Shown: positions 1 through 14,315, numbered from the stretch's first letter. The stretch: DNA of 64,000 nucleotides from Ranitomeya imitator (GCF_032444005.1 NC_091289.1:7192001-7256000); one strand, 5' to 3'. Notes: a model not told the origin generated them from the sequence alone. A program made the numbers and translations.

Positions 1-180
1 TGTATACTGTCTGCTGAGCCGTGTATCTAATCCTCTCCTGTGTGATACTGTCTGCTGAGCCGTGTATCTAATCCTATCCTGTGTGATACTGTCTGCTGAG
101 CCGTGTATCTAATCCTCTCCTGTGTGATACTGTCTGCTGAGCCATGTATCTAATCCTCTCCTGTGTGATACTGTCTCAGC
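1..180. repeat. 41-bp tandem repeat, about 4 copies, cut by the window edge
   Basis: Unit tgtgatactgtctgctgagccgtgtatctaatcctctcctg recurs at about 41-bp spacing. Confidence 0.9.
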
Positions 181-694
181 ACAGCCTGTAGTGATACTGA
201 AGATGTTTCTGAGCCAGTGTCTCCTCCCGGCGCTCGCTGCGGTGTCGTTCCCGTGTCTCGGGGCGGCAGGCGATCGATACTCTGTAATGGACGCGCTCGG
301 CTGCACGATACGTCTTTGTTTCTCTCCGGTTATTGCGCCTCTGAGCCGCTTATCTCCCCGGCGCTTAGATACCCTGATGCCGGACTATAAAGCAGCGTCC
401 GCCATCCATCACTGCGAGAGGAAAATGACGCGGGAGGTTGGGGGATCAATCACATATTGAGGAATGTACCCACAGACATGAGAGGAGGGGAAGGGCAAAG
501 ACTCTCGTGTAAGAACAGCGCCACACGTGTCCACAGGTTGACTCTGGTACTACAGCTGCACCAAGTCAACTCACCCTATGGTGCAATACCAGACAGCGCC
601 TGGAGACAGGGGTGGCGCTGTTCTCTCAGGATATCAGACGTGATTTTCAATCCTGGACCTAATCTCTAGTCTAGAGTCTGACAGGCCACAATTA

Positions 695-970
695 TTATTA
701 TTATTATTATTATTTATTATTATAGCGCCATTTATTCCATGGCGCTTTACATGTGAGGAGGGGTATACATAATAAAACAAGTACAATAATCTTGAAAAAT
801 ACAAGTCACAACTGGTACAGGAGGAGAGAGGACCCTGCCCGCGAGGGCTCACAATCTACAAGGGATGGGTGAGGATACAGTAGGTGAGGGTAGAGCTGGC
901 CGTGCAGCGGTTTGGTCAATCGGTGGTTACTGCAGGTTGTAGGCTTGTCGGAAGAGGTGGGTCTTCAGGT
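695..970 (-). mobile_element. 5'-truncated L2/CR1-type LINE 3' end
   Basis: The minus strand reads LKTHLFRQAYNLQ* (typical L2-clade ORF2 C-terminus), then a 3'UTR ending in (AAT)n. Flanked by acaatta at 688-694 and 971-977 (candidate TSD). Confidence 0.75.
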
Positions 971-1579
971 ACAATTAACATGATAAGTAATACACGGAGA
1001 AACTCGAGTAACGAGCACACTCGCTCATCACTGATGATAACCCCACAAGTGCGTCACACTCCTCTCCTGAAATACTCTGTGCTGCTGGGGACCCTGCACT
1101 TGTCACTATATAACTCAGTGACCTCCCACAGGATAAGTACTCTGCTGAAGTACTCTGTGCTGCTCTGTCAGGATGGCAGGGGCTCGTGGGTGCCATCGCA
1201 TTGGAGGCACGGGGAGAGAAGACGTTTTGCAGATGTGTGGTGGCAGACGGCGGTGTCAGCATCTTATGAGAGATGTCCCAGAGATGCGCTGAGCACAGCG
1301 ACAATAAACCGAGGATGGCAGAGCCCAGCGAGCGGGCACCAAGCCTGGCACTGCCTCCAGGACCCCTGCGGGCACAGCGAGAGGCCGGTGCCCCATCCAC
1401 AGCCTGCAAGTGTGACAGATCAGATGAGACTGCGGGAGAGCGAAACGCAGCAAATGTCGCCCTACAACGTCTTAATATAACTTGTGTCCAAGATCTCTGC
1501 TCACTGCCAATGAAAGAACAGAGGCTGAAATTCTGCATCAACCTAGTCCTTCTCACCACTGAGACATTTCACCTGCACT

Positions 1580-3562
1580 GATACATTGTAACAAACCACC
1601 AGGACAGGAGAGATTTGTGCTGCTGAGTGCTTAGCTCACAGAGGATTGTCTGGACTGGATACATTGTAACAAACCACCAGGACAGGAGAGATTTGTGCTG
1701 CTGAGTGCTTAGCTCACAGAGGATTGTCTGGACTTGATACAATGTAATAAACCACCAGGACAGGAGAGATTTGTGCTGCTGAGTGCTTAGCTCACAGAGG
1801 ATTGTCTGGACTTGATACAATGTAACAAACCACCAGGACAGGAGAGATTTGTGCTGCTGAGTGCTTAGCTCACAGAGGATTGTCTGGACTTGATACAATG
1901 TAATAAACCACCAGGACAGGAGAGATTTGTGCTGCTGAGTGCTTAGCTCACAGAGGATTGTCTGGACTTGATACAATGTAATAAACCACCAGGACAGGAG
2001 AGATTTGTGCTGCTGAGCGCTTAGCTCACAGAGGATTGTCTGGACTGGATACAATGTAACAAACCACCAGGACAGAAGAGATTTGTGCTGCTGAGTGCTT
2101 AGCTCACAGAGGATTGTCTGGACTTGATAAAATGTAACAAACCACCAGGACAGGAGAGATTTGTGCTGCTAAGTGCTTAGCTCACAGAGGATTGTCTGGA
2201 CTTGATACAATGTAACAAACCACCAGGACAGGAGAGATTTGTGCTGCTGAGCGCTTAGCTCACAGAGGATTGTCTGGACTGGATACATTGTAACAAACCA
2301 CCAGGACAGGAGTGATTTGTGCTGCTGAGTGCTTAGCTCACAGAGGATTGTCTGGACTGGATACATTGTAACAAACCACCAGGACAGGAGAGATTTGTGC
2401 TGCTGAGTGCTTAGCTCACAGAGGATTGTCTGGACTTGATACAATGTAACAAACCACCAGGACAGGAGAGATTTGTGCTGCTGAGTGCTTAGCTCACAGA
2501 GGATTGTCTGGACTTGATACAATGTAACAAACCACCAGGACAGGAGAGATTTGTGCTTCTGAGTGCTTAGCTCACAGAGGAGGTCTAGACTGGATACATT
2601 GTAACAAACCACCAGGACAGGAGAGATTTGTGCTACTGAGTGCTTAGCTCACAGAGGATTGTCTGGACTTGATACAATGTAACAAACCACCAGGACAGGA
2701 GAGATTTGTGCTGCTAAGTGCTTAGCTCACAGAGGATTGTCTGGACTTGATACAATGTAACAAACCACCAGGACAGGAGAGATTTGTGCTGCTGAGCGCT
2801 TAGCTCACAGAGGATTGTCTGGACTTGATACAATGTAACAAACCACCAGGACAGGAGAGATTTGTGCTGCTGAGCGCTTAGCTCACAGAGGATTGTCTGG
2901 ACTTGATACAATTTAACAAACCACCAGGACAGGAGAGATTTGTGCTGCTAAGTGCTTAGCTCACAGAGGATTGTCTGGACTTGATACAATGTAACAAACC
3001 ACCAGGACAGGAGAGATTTGTGCTGCTGAGCGCTTAGCTCACAGAGGATTGTCTGGACTGGATACATTGTAACAAACCACCAGGACAGGAGTGATTTGTG
3101 CTGCTGAGTGCTTAGCTCACAGAGGAGGTCTAGACTGGATACATTGTAACAAACCACCAGGACAGGAGAGATTTGTGCTGCTGAGCGCTTAGCTCACAGA
3201 GGATTGTCTGGACTGGATACATTGTAACAAACCACCAGGACAGGAGTGATTTGTGCTGCTAAGTGCTTAGCTCACAGAGGATTGTCTGGACTTGATACAA
3301 TGTAACAAACCACCAGGACAGGAGAGATTTGTGCTGCTGAGCGCTTAGCTCACAGAGGATTGTCTGGACTTGATACAATGTAACAAACCACCAGGACAGG
3401 AGAGATTTGTGCTGCTGAGCGCTTAGCTCACAGAGGATTGTCTGGACTGGATACATTGTAACAAACCACCAGGACAGGAGAGATTTGTGCTACTGAGTGC
3501 TTAGCTCACAGAGGATTGTCTGGACTGGATACATTGTAACAAACCACCAGGACAGGAGAGAT
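1580..3562. repeat. 78-bp minisatellite, about 25 copies
   Basis: Unit gatacattgtaacaaaccaccaggacaggagagatttgtgctgctgagtgcttagctcacagaggattgtctggactg; 26-aa periodicity in the ORF track. Confidence 0.97.
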
Positions 3563-4594
3563 CGGAGCAGCCCCTGATACAGGTGTATCAGTCTGTGAGG
3601 AGTGCAAGCTCTGCACCTCCTCTGATCCCCAATGACGCCATTCACAAGCATTGTTGTGGATTGTTTGCAGCAATGGACATAAATATTTGCAACAATGTAA
3701 CCAATGTCCAATTCGTTATTGAGGCGGTGACATCTTCCCTGCAGTAGTTCCTCCTGTCACCTAAACTTTTATAATTATAATGTTCCGTGCGGATATAAAT
3801 GGCGCAGCCGGTTAATGAAGGCGCGTCGTACAGGGAGACCCCCCTTTCTCGTCTCCCCCTCGCTGCGCGCCATCATTAATCATCAGACATGGCTTTACTC
3901 TCTCAGCCAAATTCTGTAATTAGACAAACGAGGTCTCAATGGTGAAATTTCTCAGCAGTTTATTAATCCTAAACTGAATGTGAATTGTGGAAATCTCCAG
4001 GCGCGGATTGTGCGGGGTGTTGGGGTCTCTTCATCTCATCGTGTTGCCTGGAAACGGATTTTATAAAATGGTATTAAATCAATGTTTACATAGTAAAGTG
4101 ATATGAAGATAAGCGAGCGCTCTGCACACAGCGCAAGCTGCAAGGCTCCGCACCTGTGCCCAGACAAGCAGGGGTGAACATAGCATCGGTGTAAGCTGGG
4201 CAGCGACATAGGGGCTCAAGAGGTCTGGGGGCCACTACCACCTCCACTACAGCTGTAATTGTGCATTATGAGGCACTATTGGACTGCAAAGGGCCCATAC
4301 ATTGTTCCTGCACAGGGGCCTCTTCTGTCTGTGTCCACCAGTGCAGACAATAATTTACCCCCTCTAGAGATGCCAAAATCTGATGAGGAAGAAAAGACTC
4401 AGTTTATATTGTGTCCTGGAGAATCTATGGACTTTACTGACCCAGAGAGACTTGTCTCATCTTCTACTCCAGTCACATCCAGAGCTGCATTCACAATTCT
4501 ACTGCCTGCTGTGACAGATACACATAAGCTCCTGCACCGATTGTGGGAAACTTCTACATGTCCCACAGCAGATTGCAAGATGCATTGCCCTTAA

Positions 4595-5200
4595 TGATGG
4601 CGATAACGAGGATGATGAGAGTGATGGTAGTAATGGTGATATGAATGATAATGATGTGATGATAATGGAAGTTATAATGTTACAGCAGTGATGGCGGTGG
4701 TTATAGTAATAAGAATGGTGGTGGTAGTGATGCTGAAGATGATGGTGACGATAGCAGTAATGATGGTGGTTGTGCTACTGATAGTGATAATTATAATAGT
4801 GATACTGATGATGGTGGTGATAGTAGTGGTTATGGTACTGATGATGATAATGATAGTAGTGATGATGGTGATAGTGATACTGATGATAGTAGTGATGATG
4901 ATGGTGATAGTAGTGATGATGGTACTGATGATGGTGATAGTAGTGATACTGATGATGACGATGAACGATGATGGTGATAGTAGTGATGCCGATGATGGTG
5001 CTGATCATGATGGTGATAGTAGTGATACTGATGATGATGATGGTGATACTAGTGATGCTGATGATGGTATTGATAGTAGTGATACTGATGATGGTGATAC
5101 TAGTGATGCTGATGATGGTGATAGTAGTGATGATGGTGAGAAGTGGTGCTGATGATGGTGATAGTAGTGGTGCTGCTGATGATGGTGATCACACTGTTGC
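4595..5200. repeat. Degenerate (GAT/GGT/AGT)n trinucleotide low-complexity tract
   Basis: Direct reading; it produces the poly-M/V/D/H pseudo-ORFs. Confidence 0.92.
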
Positions 5201-5444
5201 TGATGGCGCTCATCTTCCCAGTAACCGGCGGTATTTTTAGCTGCGGGATATTGATGCCGGGCTATTAGCCACATTAGGAATGCAATTAAAATGAAAACAA
5301 ATAATGAGCGGAGTAATTACCCTGGAAGCTGCAGCCAGAATGTGCTGTAACATTCAGCCGACTTTCATCTCTGCTGGAAGCTGCAGCATGAGAGCCCGAA
5401 ATGCTCCCAACATTAGCGCCAAGTACATGTACCGCACCACTGTC

Positions 5445-8400
5445 GCCCAGCGCCAACTGCGGCACGAGCACAGAGCGACTCCCAACGTCAACCGCGGCAC
5501 AAACACAGAGCGACTCCCAGCGCCAACCAAGGTATGAGCACAGAGCAGACCCAAGCGGCAACCGAGGTACGAGCACAGAGCAACTCCCAGCGCCAACCGA
5601 GGTACGAGCACAGAGCAACTCCCAGCACCAACCGAGGCACGAGCACAGAGCGACTCCCAGCACCAACCGAGGCACGAGCACAGAGCGACTCCCAGCGCCA
5701 ACCGAGGTACGAGCACAGAGCAGACCCCAGCGACAACCGAGGTACGAGCACAGAGCAACTCCCAGCGCCAACCGAGGTACGAGCACAGAGCAACTCCCAG
5801 CACCAACCGAGGCAGGAGCACAGAGCAACTCCCAGCGCCAACCAAGGTATGAGCACAGAGCAGACCCCAGCGACAACCGAGGTACGAGCACAGAGCAACT
5901 CCAGCGACAACCGAGGCACGAGCACAGAGCAACTCCCAGCACCAACCGAGGCAGGAGCACAGAGCGACTCCCAGCACCAACCGAGGCACGAGCACAGAGC
6001 AACTCCCAACACCAACCGAGGCACGAGCACAGAGCGACTCCCAGCGCCAACCGAGGTATGAGCACAGAGCAACTCCCAACACCAACCAAGGCACGAGCAC
6101 AGAGCGACTCCCAGCGCCAACCGAGGTATGAGCACAGAGCGACTCCCAACACCAACCGAGGCACGAGCACAGAGCGACTCCCAGCGCCAACCGAGGTACG
6201 AGCACAGAGCGACTCCCAACACCAACCGCGGCACAAACACAGAGCTACTCCCAGCGCCAACCGAGGCACGAGCACAGAGCAACTCCGAGCACCAACCGAG
6301 GCACGAGCAGAGCAACTCCCAGCGCCAACCAAGGTACGAGCACAGAGCAACTCCCAGCGCCAACTGCGGCACAAACACAGAGCGACTCCCAGCGCTAACC
6401 AAGGTATGAGCACAGAGCAACTCCCAGCGCCAACTGCGGCACAAACACAGAGCGACTCCCAGCGACAACCGAGGTACGAGCACAGAGCAACTCCCAATGC
6501 CAACCGCAGCACAAACACAGAGTGACTCCCAGCGCCAACCGAGGTACGAGCACAGAGCAACTCCAGCGGCAACCGAGGTACGAGCACAGAGCAACTCCCA
6601 GCGCCAACCGAGGTACGAGCACAGAGCAACTCCCAGCACCAACCGAGGCACGAGCACAGAGCGACTCCCAGCACCAACCGAGGCACGAGCACAGAGCAAC
6701 TCCCAACACCAACCGAGGCACGAGCACAGAGCGACTCCCAGCGCCAACCGAGGTACGAGCACAGAGCAACTCCCAACACCAACCGAGGCACGAGCACAGA
6801 GCGACTCCCAGCGCCAACCGAGGCACGAGCACAGAGCGACTCCCAGCGCCAACCGAGGTACGAGCACAGAGCGACTCCCAACACCAACCGCGGCACAAAC
6901 ACAGAGCTACTCCCAGCGCCAACCGAGGCACGAGCACAGAGCAACTCCGAGCACCAACCGAGGCACGAGCAGAGCAACTCCCAGCGCCAACCAAGGTACG
7001 AGCACAGAGCAACTCCCAGCGCCAACTGCGGCACAAACACAGAGCGACTCCCAGCGCTAACCAAGGTATGAGCACAGAGCAACTCCCAGCGCCAACTGCG
7101 GCACAAACACAGAGCGACTCCCAGCGACAACCGAGGTACGAGCACAGAGCAACTCCCAATGCCAACCGCAGCACAAACACAGAGTGACTCCCAGCGCCAA
7201 CCGAGGTACGAGCACAGAGCAACTCCTAGTGCCAACTTCGGCAAGAGCACAGAGCGACTCCCTATGACAACCGAGGCACGAGCACAGGGCAACTCCCAGC
7301 GCCAACCAAGGCACGAGCACAGAGCAACTCCGAGCACCTCCGAGCACCAACCGAGGCACGAGCACAGAGCAACTCCCAGCGCCAACCAAGGTACGAGCAC
7401 AGAGCAACTCCCAGTGCCAACCGCGGCACAAACACAGAGCGACTCCCAGCGCCAACCAAGGTATGAGCACAGAGCAAACCCCAGCGATAACCGAGGTACG
7501 AGCACAGAGCAACTCCCAGCGCCAACCGCGGCACAAACACAGAGTGACTCCCAGCGCCAACCGAGGTACGAGCACAGAGCAACTCCGAGCACCAACCGAG
7601 GCACGAGCACAGAGCAACTCCTAGCGCCAACTTCGGCAAGAGCACAGAGCGACTCCCAATGACAACCGAGGCACGAGCACAGAGCAACTCCCAGCGCCAA
7701 CCGCGGCACAAACACAGAGCGACTCCCAGCGCCAACCGAGGCACGAGCACAGAGCAACTCCGAGCACCTCCGAGCACCAACCGAGGCACGAGCACAGAGC
7801 AACTCCCAGCGCCAACCAAGGTACAAGCACAGAGCAACTCCCAGTGCCAACCGCGGCACAAACACAGGGCGACTCCCAGCGCCAACCAAGGTATGAGCAC
7901 AGAGCAAACCCCAGCGATAACCGAGGTACGAGCACAGAGTGACTCCCAGCGCCAACCGAGGTACGAGCACAGAGCAACTCCAAGCACCAACCGAGGCACG
8001 AGCACAAAGCAACTCCTATCGCCAACTTCGGCAAGAGCACAGAGCGACTCCCAATGACAACCGAGGCACGAGCACAGAGCGACTCCCAGCGCCAACCGAG
8101 GCACGAGCACAGAGCGACTCCCAGCGCCAACCGAGGCACGAGCACAGAGCGACTCCCAGCGCCAACCGAGGCACGAGCACAGAGCGACTCCCAGCGCCAA
8201 CCGAGGCACGAGCACAGAGCGACTCCCAGCACCAACCGAGGCACGAGCACAGAGCGACTCCCAGCGCCAACCGAGGCACGAGCACAGAGCGACTCCCAGC
8301 GCCAACCGAGGCACGAACACAGAGCGACTCCCAGCGCCAACCGAAGCACGAGCACAGAGCGACTCCCAGCGCCAACCGAGGCACGAGCACAGAGCGACTC

Positions 8401-10921
8401 CCAGCGCCAACCGAGGCACGAGCACAGAGCGACTCCCAGCGCCAACAGAGGCACGAGCACAGAGCGACTCACAGCGCCAACCGAGGCACGAGCACAGAGC
8501 GACTCACAGCGCCAACCGAGGCACGAGCACAGAGCGACTCCCAGCACCAACTGCGGCACGAGCACAGAGCGACTCCCAGCGCCAACCGAGGCACGAGCAC
8601 AGAGCGACTCCCAGCGCCAACCGAGGCACGAGCACAGAGCGACTCCCAGCGCCAACCGAGGCACGAGCACAGAGCGACTCCCAGCGCCAACCGAGGCACG
8701 AGCACAGAGCGACTCCCAGCGCCAACCGAGGCACGAGCACAGAGCGACTCCCAGCGCCAACCGAGGCACAAACACAGAGCGACTCCCAGCGCCAACCGAG
8801 GCACGAGCACAGAGCAACTCCGAGCACCTCCGAGCACCAACCGAGGCACGAGCACAGAGCAACTCCCAGCGCCAACCAAGGTACAAGCACAGAGCAACTC
8901 CCAGTGCCAACCACGGCACAAACACAGGGCGACTCCCAGCGCCAACCAAGGTATGAGCACAGAGCAAACCCCAGCGATAACCGAGGTACGAGCACAGAAC
9001 AACTCCCAGTGCCAACCGCGGCACAAACACAGAGTGACTCCCAGCGCCAACCGAGGTACGAGCACAGAGCAACTCCAAGCACCAACCGAGGCACGAGCAC
9101 AAAGCAACTCCTATCGCCAACTTCGGCAAGAGCACAGAGCGACTCCCAATGACAACCGAGGCACGAGCACAGAGCGACTCCCAGCGCCAACCGAGGCACA
9201 AACACAAAGCGACTCCCAGCGCCAACCGAGGCACAAACACAAAGCGACTCCCAGCGCCAACCGAGGCACGAGCACAGAGCGACTCCCAGAGCCAACCAAA
9301 GCACGAGCACAGAGCGACTCCCAGCGCCAACCGAAGCACGAGCACAGAGCGACTCCCAGGGCCAACTGCGGCACGAGCACAGAGCGACTCCCAGCGCCAA
9401 CCGAGGCACGAGCACAGAGCGACTCCCAGCGCCAACCGAGGCACGAGCACAGAGCGACTCCCAGCGCCAACCGAGGCACGAGCACAGAGCGACTCCCAGC
9501 GCCAACCGAGGCACGAGCACAGAGCGACTCCCAGCGCCAACCGAGGCATGAGCACAGAGCGACTCCCAGCGCCAACCGAGGCACGAGCACAGAGCGACTC
9601 CCAGCTCCAACCGAGGCACGAGCACAGAGCGACTCCCAGCGCCAACCGAGGCACGAGCACAGAGCGACTCCCAGCGCCAACCGAGGCACGAGCACAGAGC
9701 GACTCCCAGCGCCAACCGAGGCACGAGCACAGAGCGACTCCCAGCGCCAACCGAGGCACGAGCACAGAGCGACTCCCAGCGCCAACCGAGGCACGAGCAC
9801 AGAGCGACTCCCAGCGCCAACCGAGGCACGAACACAGAGCGACTCCCAGCGCCAACCGAGGCACGAGCACAGAGCGACTCCCAGCGCCAACCGAGGCACG
9901 AGCACAGAGCGACTCCCAGCGCCAACCGAGGCACGAGCACAGAGCGACTCACAGCGCCAACCGAGGCACGAGCACAGAGCGACTCACAGCGCCAACCGAG
10001 GCACGAGCACAGAGCGACTCCCAGCGCCAACTGCGGCACGAGCACAGAGCGACTCCCAGCGCCAACCGAGGCACGAGCAGAGCGACTCCCAGCGCCAACC
10101 GAGGCACGAGCACAGAGCGACTCCGAGCACCAACCGAGGCACGAGCACAGAGCGACTCCCAGCGCCAACCGAGGCACGAGCACAGAGCGACTCCCAGCGC
10201 CAACCGAGGCACGAGCACAGAGCGACTCCCAGCGCCAACCGAGGCACGAGCACAGAGCGACTCCCAGCGCCAACCGAGGCACGAGCACAGAGCCACTCCC
10301 AGCGCCAACCGAGGCACGAGCACAGAGCGACTCCCAGCGCCAACCGAGGCACGAGCACAGAGCGACTCCCAGCGCCAACCGAGGCACGAGCACAGAGCGA
10401 CTCCCAGCGCCAACCGAGGTACGAGCACAGAGCAACTCCCAACACCAACCGAGGTACGAGCACAGAGCGACTCCCAACACCAACCGAGGCACGAGCACAG
10501 AGCGACTCCCAGCGCCAACCGAGGCACGAGCACAGAGCGACTCCCAGCGCCAACCGAGGCACGAGCACAGAGCGACTCCCAGCGCCAACTGCGGCACGAG
10601 CACAGAGCGACTCCCAGCGCCAACCGAGGCACGAGCAGAGCGACTCCCAGCGCCAACCGAGGCACGAGGACAGAGCGACTCCGAGCGCCAACCGAGGCAC
10701 GAGCACAGAGCGACTCCCAGCGCCAACCGAGGCACGAGCACAGAGCGACTCCCAGCGCCAACCGAGGCACGAGCACAGAGCGACTCCCAGCGCCAACCGA
10801 TGCATGAGCACAGAGCGACTCCCAGCGCCAACCGAGGCACGAGCACAGAGCGACTCCCAGCGCCAACCGAGGCACGAGCACAGAGCGACTCCCAGCGCCA
10901 ACCGAGGCACGAGCACAGAGC
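5445..10921. repeat. 35-bp GC-rich minisatellite, about 155 copies, with higher-order blocks
   Basis: Unit gcacgagcacagagcgactcccagcgccaaccgag; 35-aa (3-unit) periodicity in ORFs of all six frames. Confidence 0.97.
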
Positions 10922-11207
10922 GTACACCACAGCCCCAATTCATCATCTGTGTTTTTAAGGAACCTTTCAGTTTGTCTTGTGGTATTATTCGTCATCGGGG
11001 AGGGGGGGGGGGGGGGGGCTGCTCCACCAAGTTCTATCAAATGTCTCACGAAACTGAAAGAACATTACGCAAGATCAATGAAGGTCACTAATTCTATAAC
11101 CGATTCAGAGTCACATGATCAGTTATGATGGCGCATGTCTACAACTGCGCAGGGATAAAGTTACCAGACGCCGTGGGAAAAGTGCAGAATAATGTCATAT
11201 TTACAAA

Positions 11208-11795
11208 CATGTTATCACTGTATTGTTACATGGGACTGCAGGTGACATCTACTACATTATATGTACGCAAAGAGTTATCACTTATCTGTGGTGTTACATG
11301 GGACTGCAGGTGACATCTACTACATCATATATGCGCAAAGAGTTATCACTGTGTTATCTGTGGTGTTACATGGGACTGCAGGTGACATCTACTACATTAT
11401 CTATACTCAGAGAGTTATCACTGTGTTATCTGTGGTGTTACATAGGACTGCAGGTGACATCTACATTATCTGTACTCAGTTATCACTGTGTTATTTGTGG
11501 TGTTACATGGGACTGCAGGTGAAATCTACATTATCTGAGCTCAGAGAGTGATCACTGTGTTATATGTGGTGTTACATAGGACTGCAGGTGACATCTACAT
11601 TATCTGTACTCAGTTATCACTGTTATCTGTGGTGTTACATGGGACTGCAGGAGACATCTACTACATTATCTGTATTGAGAGAGTTATCACTGTGTTATCT
11701 GTGGTGTTACATGGGACTGCAGGAGACATCTACTACATTATCTGTATTGAGAGAGTTATCACTGTGTTATCTGTGGTGTTACATAGGACTGCAGC
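11208..11795. repeat. 63-72-bp tandem repeat, about 9 copies
   Basis: Unit core ttatcactgtgttatctgtggtgttacatgggactgcaggtgacatctac. Confidence 0.9.
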
Positions 11796-13944
11796 AGGGG
11801 GATGAGACACCTGTCGCTGAGGGCTGCGTTATCTCTGCACGTTATATATTTGTGGATGTCACTTACCGGTTTTCTCTTTATCCTGGAGCAGAGAATGAAG
11901 TCTGGGATGAGGTGATAACATTGTATCTGTGGGGGACAATGTGTAGAATTGTGAGTTGGGGGCTCCGCCGTCTTATGTACATGCCCGGTCACGTGTCGTG
12001 TGATGGAGGAACCTTCCCTCATCTGTGAGGACTGTGGGTGTAGATGATGGGGCTCCGCCGGCCGCCTCATCCATAGAAGCTACTACTACAACCCCCATCA
12101 TATCATGGGTAGAACCTGGGCAGCCGCACATGGACCCCAGATGGGAGGGGGGCATTTTAACCTGCATAACAGCTGGAATTGTGCATTATGAGGAGCTATT
12201 AGACTGCAGCGGGCCCATAGATTGCTCGGGCACCGGGGCCCCTCCTGTCTGTGTCCGCCAGTATTAGACTTTGGCTGCGACCCGGGCCCTGTGTGTAAAA
12301 CTCATCTGCATCACAGCAGGACCAGGGTGAACGGCGTCACATTGAAGACCCGAGGCCACAGCGACAAGGAGTCACAACATGGAGGAATAAACTCAATTTT
12401 TATTGTGGTAGAAGCACCTCGAAAATCGCACGACCCCATTCACTGGCATCGTGCTGCGATTTTTGGGTTGAGTGGCCCAAATTTCAGCACCTGGACAGCC
12501 GCAGGTCACTGACTGCAGGATCACTGCATTGTCTGCTGGTGTCCGCGGTGGTCTCATGTTTGGCCCCACTCACACTGATGGTCCTCCCCGCACATCAGGA
12601 CCGGGTGACCTGGAAGAGTCAGGTGTCATCTGCCCATAATGAGCCGCCCCGGCGCGGAATGTAGCTGGAGGGATTGTCCGCTGCAGATAGTTTATTGATC
12701 GTAAGGGTTTGACTACTGGGATCCCCATCCATCAGCAAGATGTTAGAATGGACCGGGGGCGCACCTCCATCATCACCTCTTCATTCTCTGCCTGTGGGGC
12801 TGACCCAGCTTTTTCCAGCAGCACCCTAGAAAATAGATGGAGCATGCAAAGCCAGTCCATTCTAAGGAGGGTCAAAGGCCCGGTTCTGCAAATTGGTGCG
12901 GACGCCAGAGCGGAGGCCGCCACAAATCATCACTTATCCTGTGAATAGGTGATAACTTGCTCTCGCTGGACAACCCCTTTAAGGGATGAATTCCAATCTC
13001 CCGAGTCTCAATGTTCACTCCCCTCACCGGCACTGGGAGGGTTAATCCTGGTCAATGGCTCCGTGCGCGGTCCAGCAGTGATGTGTTGCTGGCAGAGACG
13101 AGGATGGGCGCTGCCCGCTGACACAGAGCTCCGCACTGCAGCGCCGCAGGAACCACTCTGCTGCAGCAGCACTGGAGCCGTGAACTCTGCTGCGCCATAA
13201 ACTTTTCATAGGCACTAAGCAGAGAGGAGAGCGCTGTGCGGGGTCAACGCCGGCTCATCGAGCTCTGTGGCGGCTGCCAGGCACATTACTGCACTCTGCC
13301 CACTGGTGTGAACACAATCCACCCGGCCACATAGTACAGGCAATCGCTCAAATAGCAATCCCCTCATACAATGAACTGGCTGATAACAGGGAGCAAGAGA
13401 CTGCATCCACCTGTGCGGACAATAGAGAGATCCACAGAGAACGCATTCCCATCTTATAAAATTATAATAATCTTTATTTTTATATAGCGCCAATATATTC
13501 CGCAACGCTTGGTATTTTGCTGTGAAATCTGACCACATAATGATTGGTCGGGGTCAAACTCCGGGACCCCCGCAACCGGAAGAATGCAGGGGGGACAGCA
13601 ATGGCGCAGCACAGTCCTGCACCCTAGACAGCAGGCATTTCCATACACCTCCGCCATACACATGCACGCTCGGTTCGGCAGAGCATGCGCGTATCTTTGA
13701 GGGGAATAAGTTTCTGTCTGATCCCTCCAGACTCGTCCAACAGGAACTTGGGGACACGAGCACGAGACCGGATCCTTCCCCAAGCCGATATCACGTCCAG
13801 GGATCCACCGTCCTCGGTTAGTCGACTTTAATCAAATGTGTATGGGGAGGTTGGTGACTCCGCTGTGCAGGGGGCAAGAAAGGGCACACAATGCGGAACT
13901 AGCGCTGCCGTCCTTCCTTCTCAGGATCACTGATGACATATCAT

Positions 13945-13991
13945 AAGCGCTGCGGAATATGTTGGCGCTATAGAAATAGCGATCATTATTA
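13945..13991 (+). mobile_element. Very short L2-type 3' tail (a similar minus-strand tail lies at about 13462-13510)
   Basis: gcgctgcggaatatgttggcgctata...attatta is the reverse complement of the terminal motif at 20838-20885. Confidence 0.5.
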
Positions 13992-14315
13992 CAACCCCTA
14001 GCAAAAATTATGGAATCACCGGCCTTGGAGGATGTCCATTCAGTGGTTTATTTTTGTAGAAAAAAAGCCGATCACAGACCTGGGACAAAACTAAAGTCAT
14101 TTCAAATGGCAACTTTCTGGCTTTAAGAAACACTAAAAGGAATCAAGAACAAAAAATGTTGGTAGTCAGTAATGGTTACTTTTTTAACCAAGCATAGGGG
14201 AAAAATTATGGAGTCACTCAATTCTGAGGAAAAAATTATGGAATAATCCTGTAAATTTTCATACCCAAAAATAACACCTGCATCAAATTAGATCTGCTCG
14301 TTAGTCTGCATCTAA

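Noticed and set aside
4688-5274. Poly-His, poly-Asp and hydrophobic ORFs
   Set aside because: They come from a GAT-type trinucleotide low-complexity tract.
5286-11091. ORFs of 700-1050 aa in all six frames
   Set aside because: They are translations of a stop-free 35-bp GC-rich repeat, with periodicity equal to the unit and no domain or splice structure.
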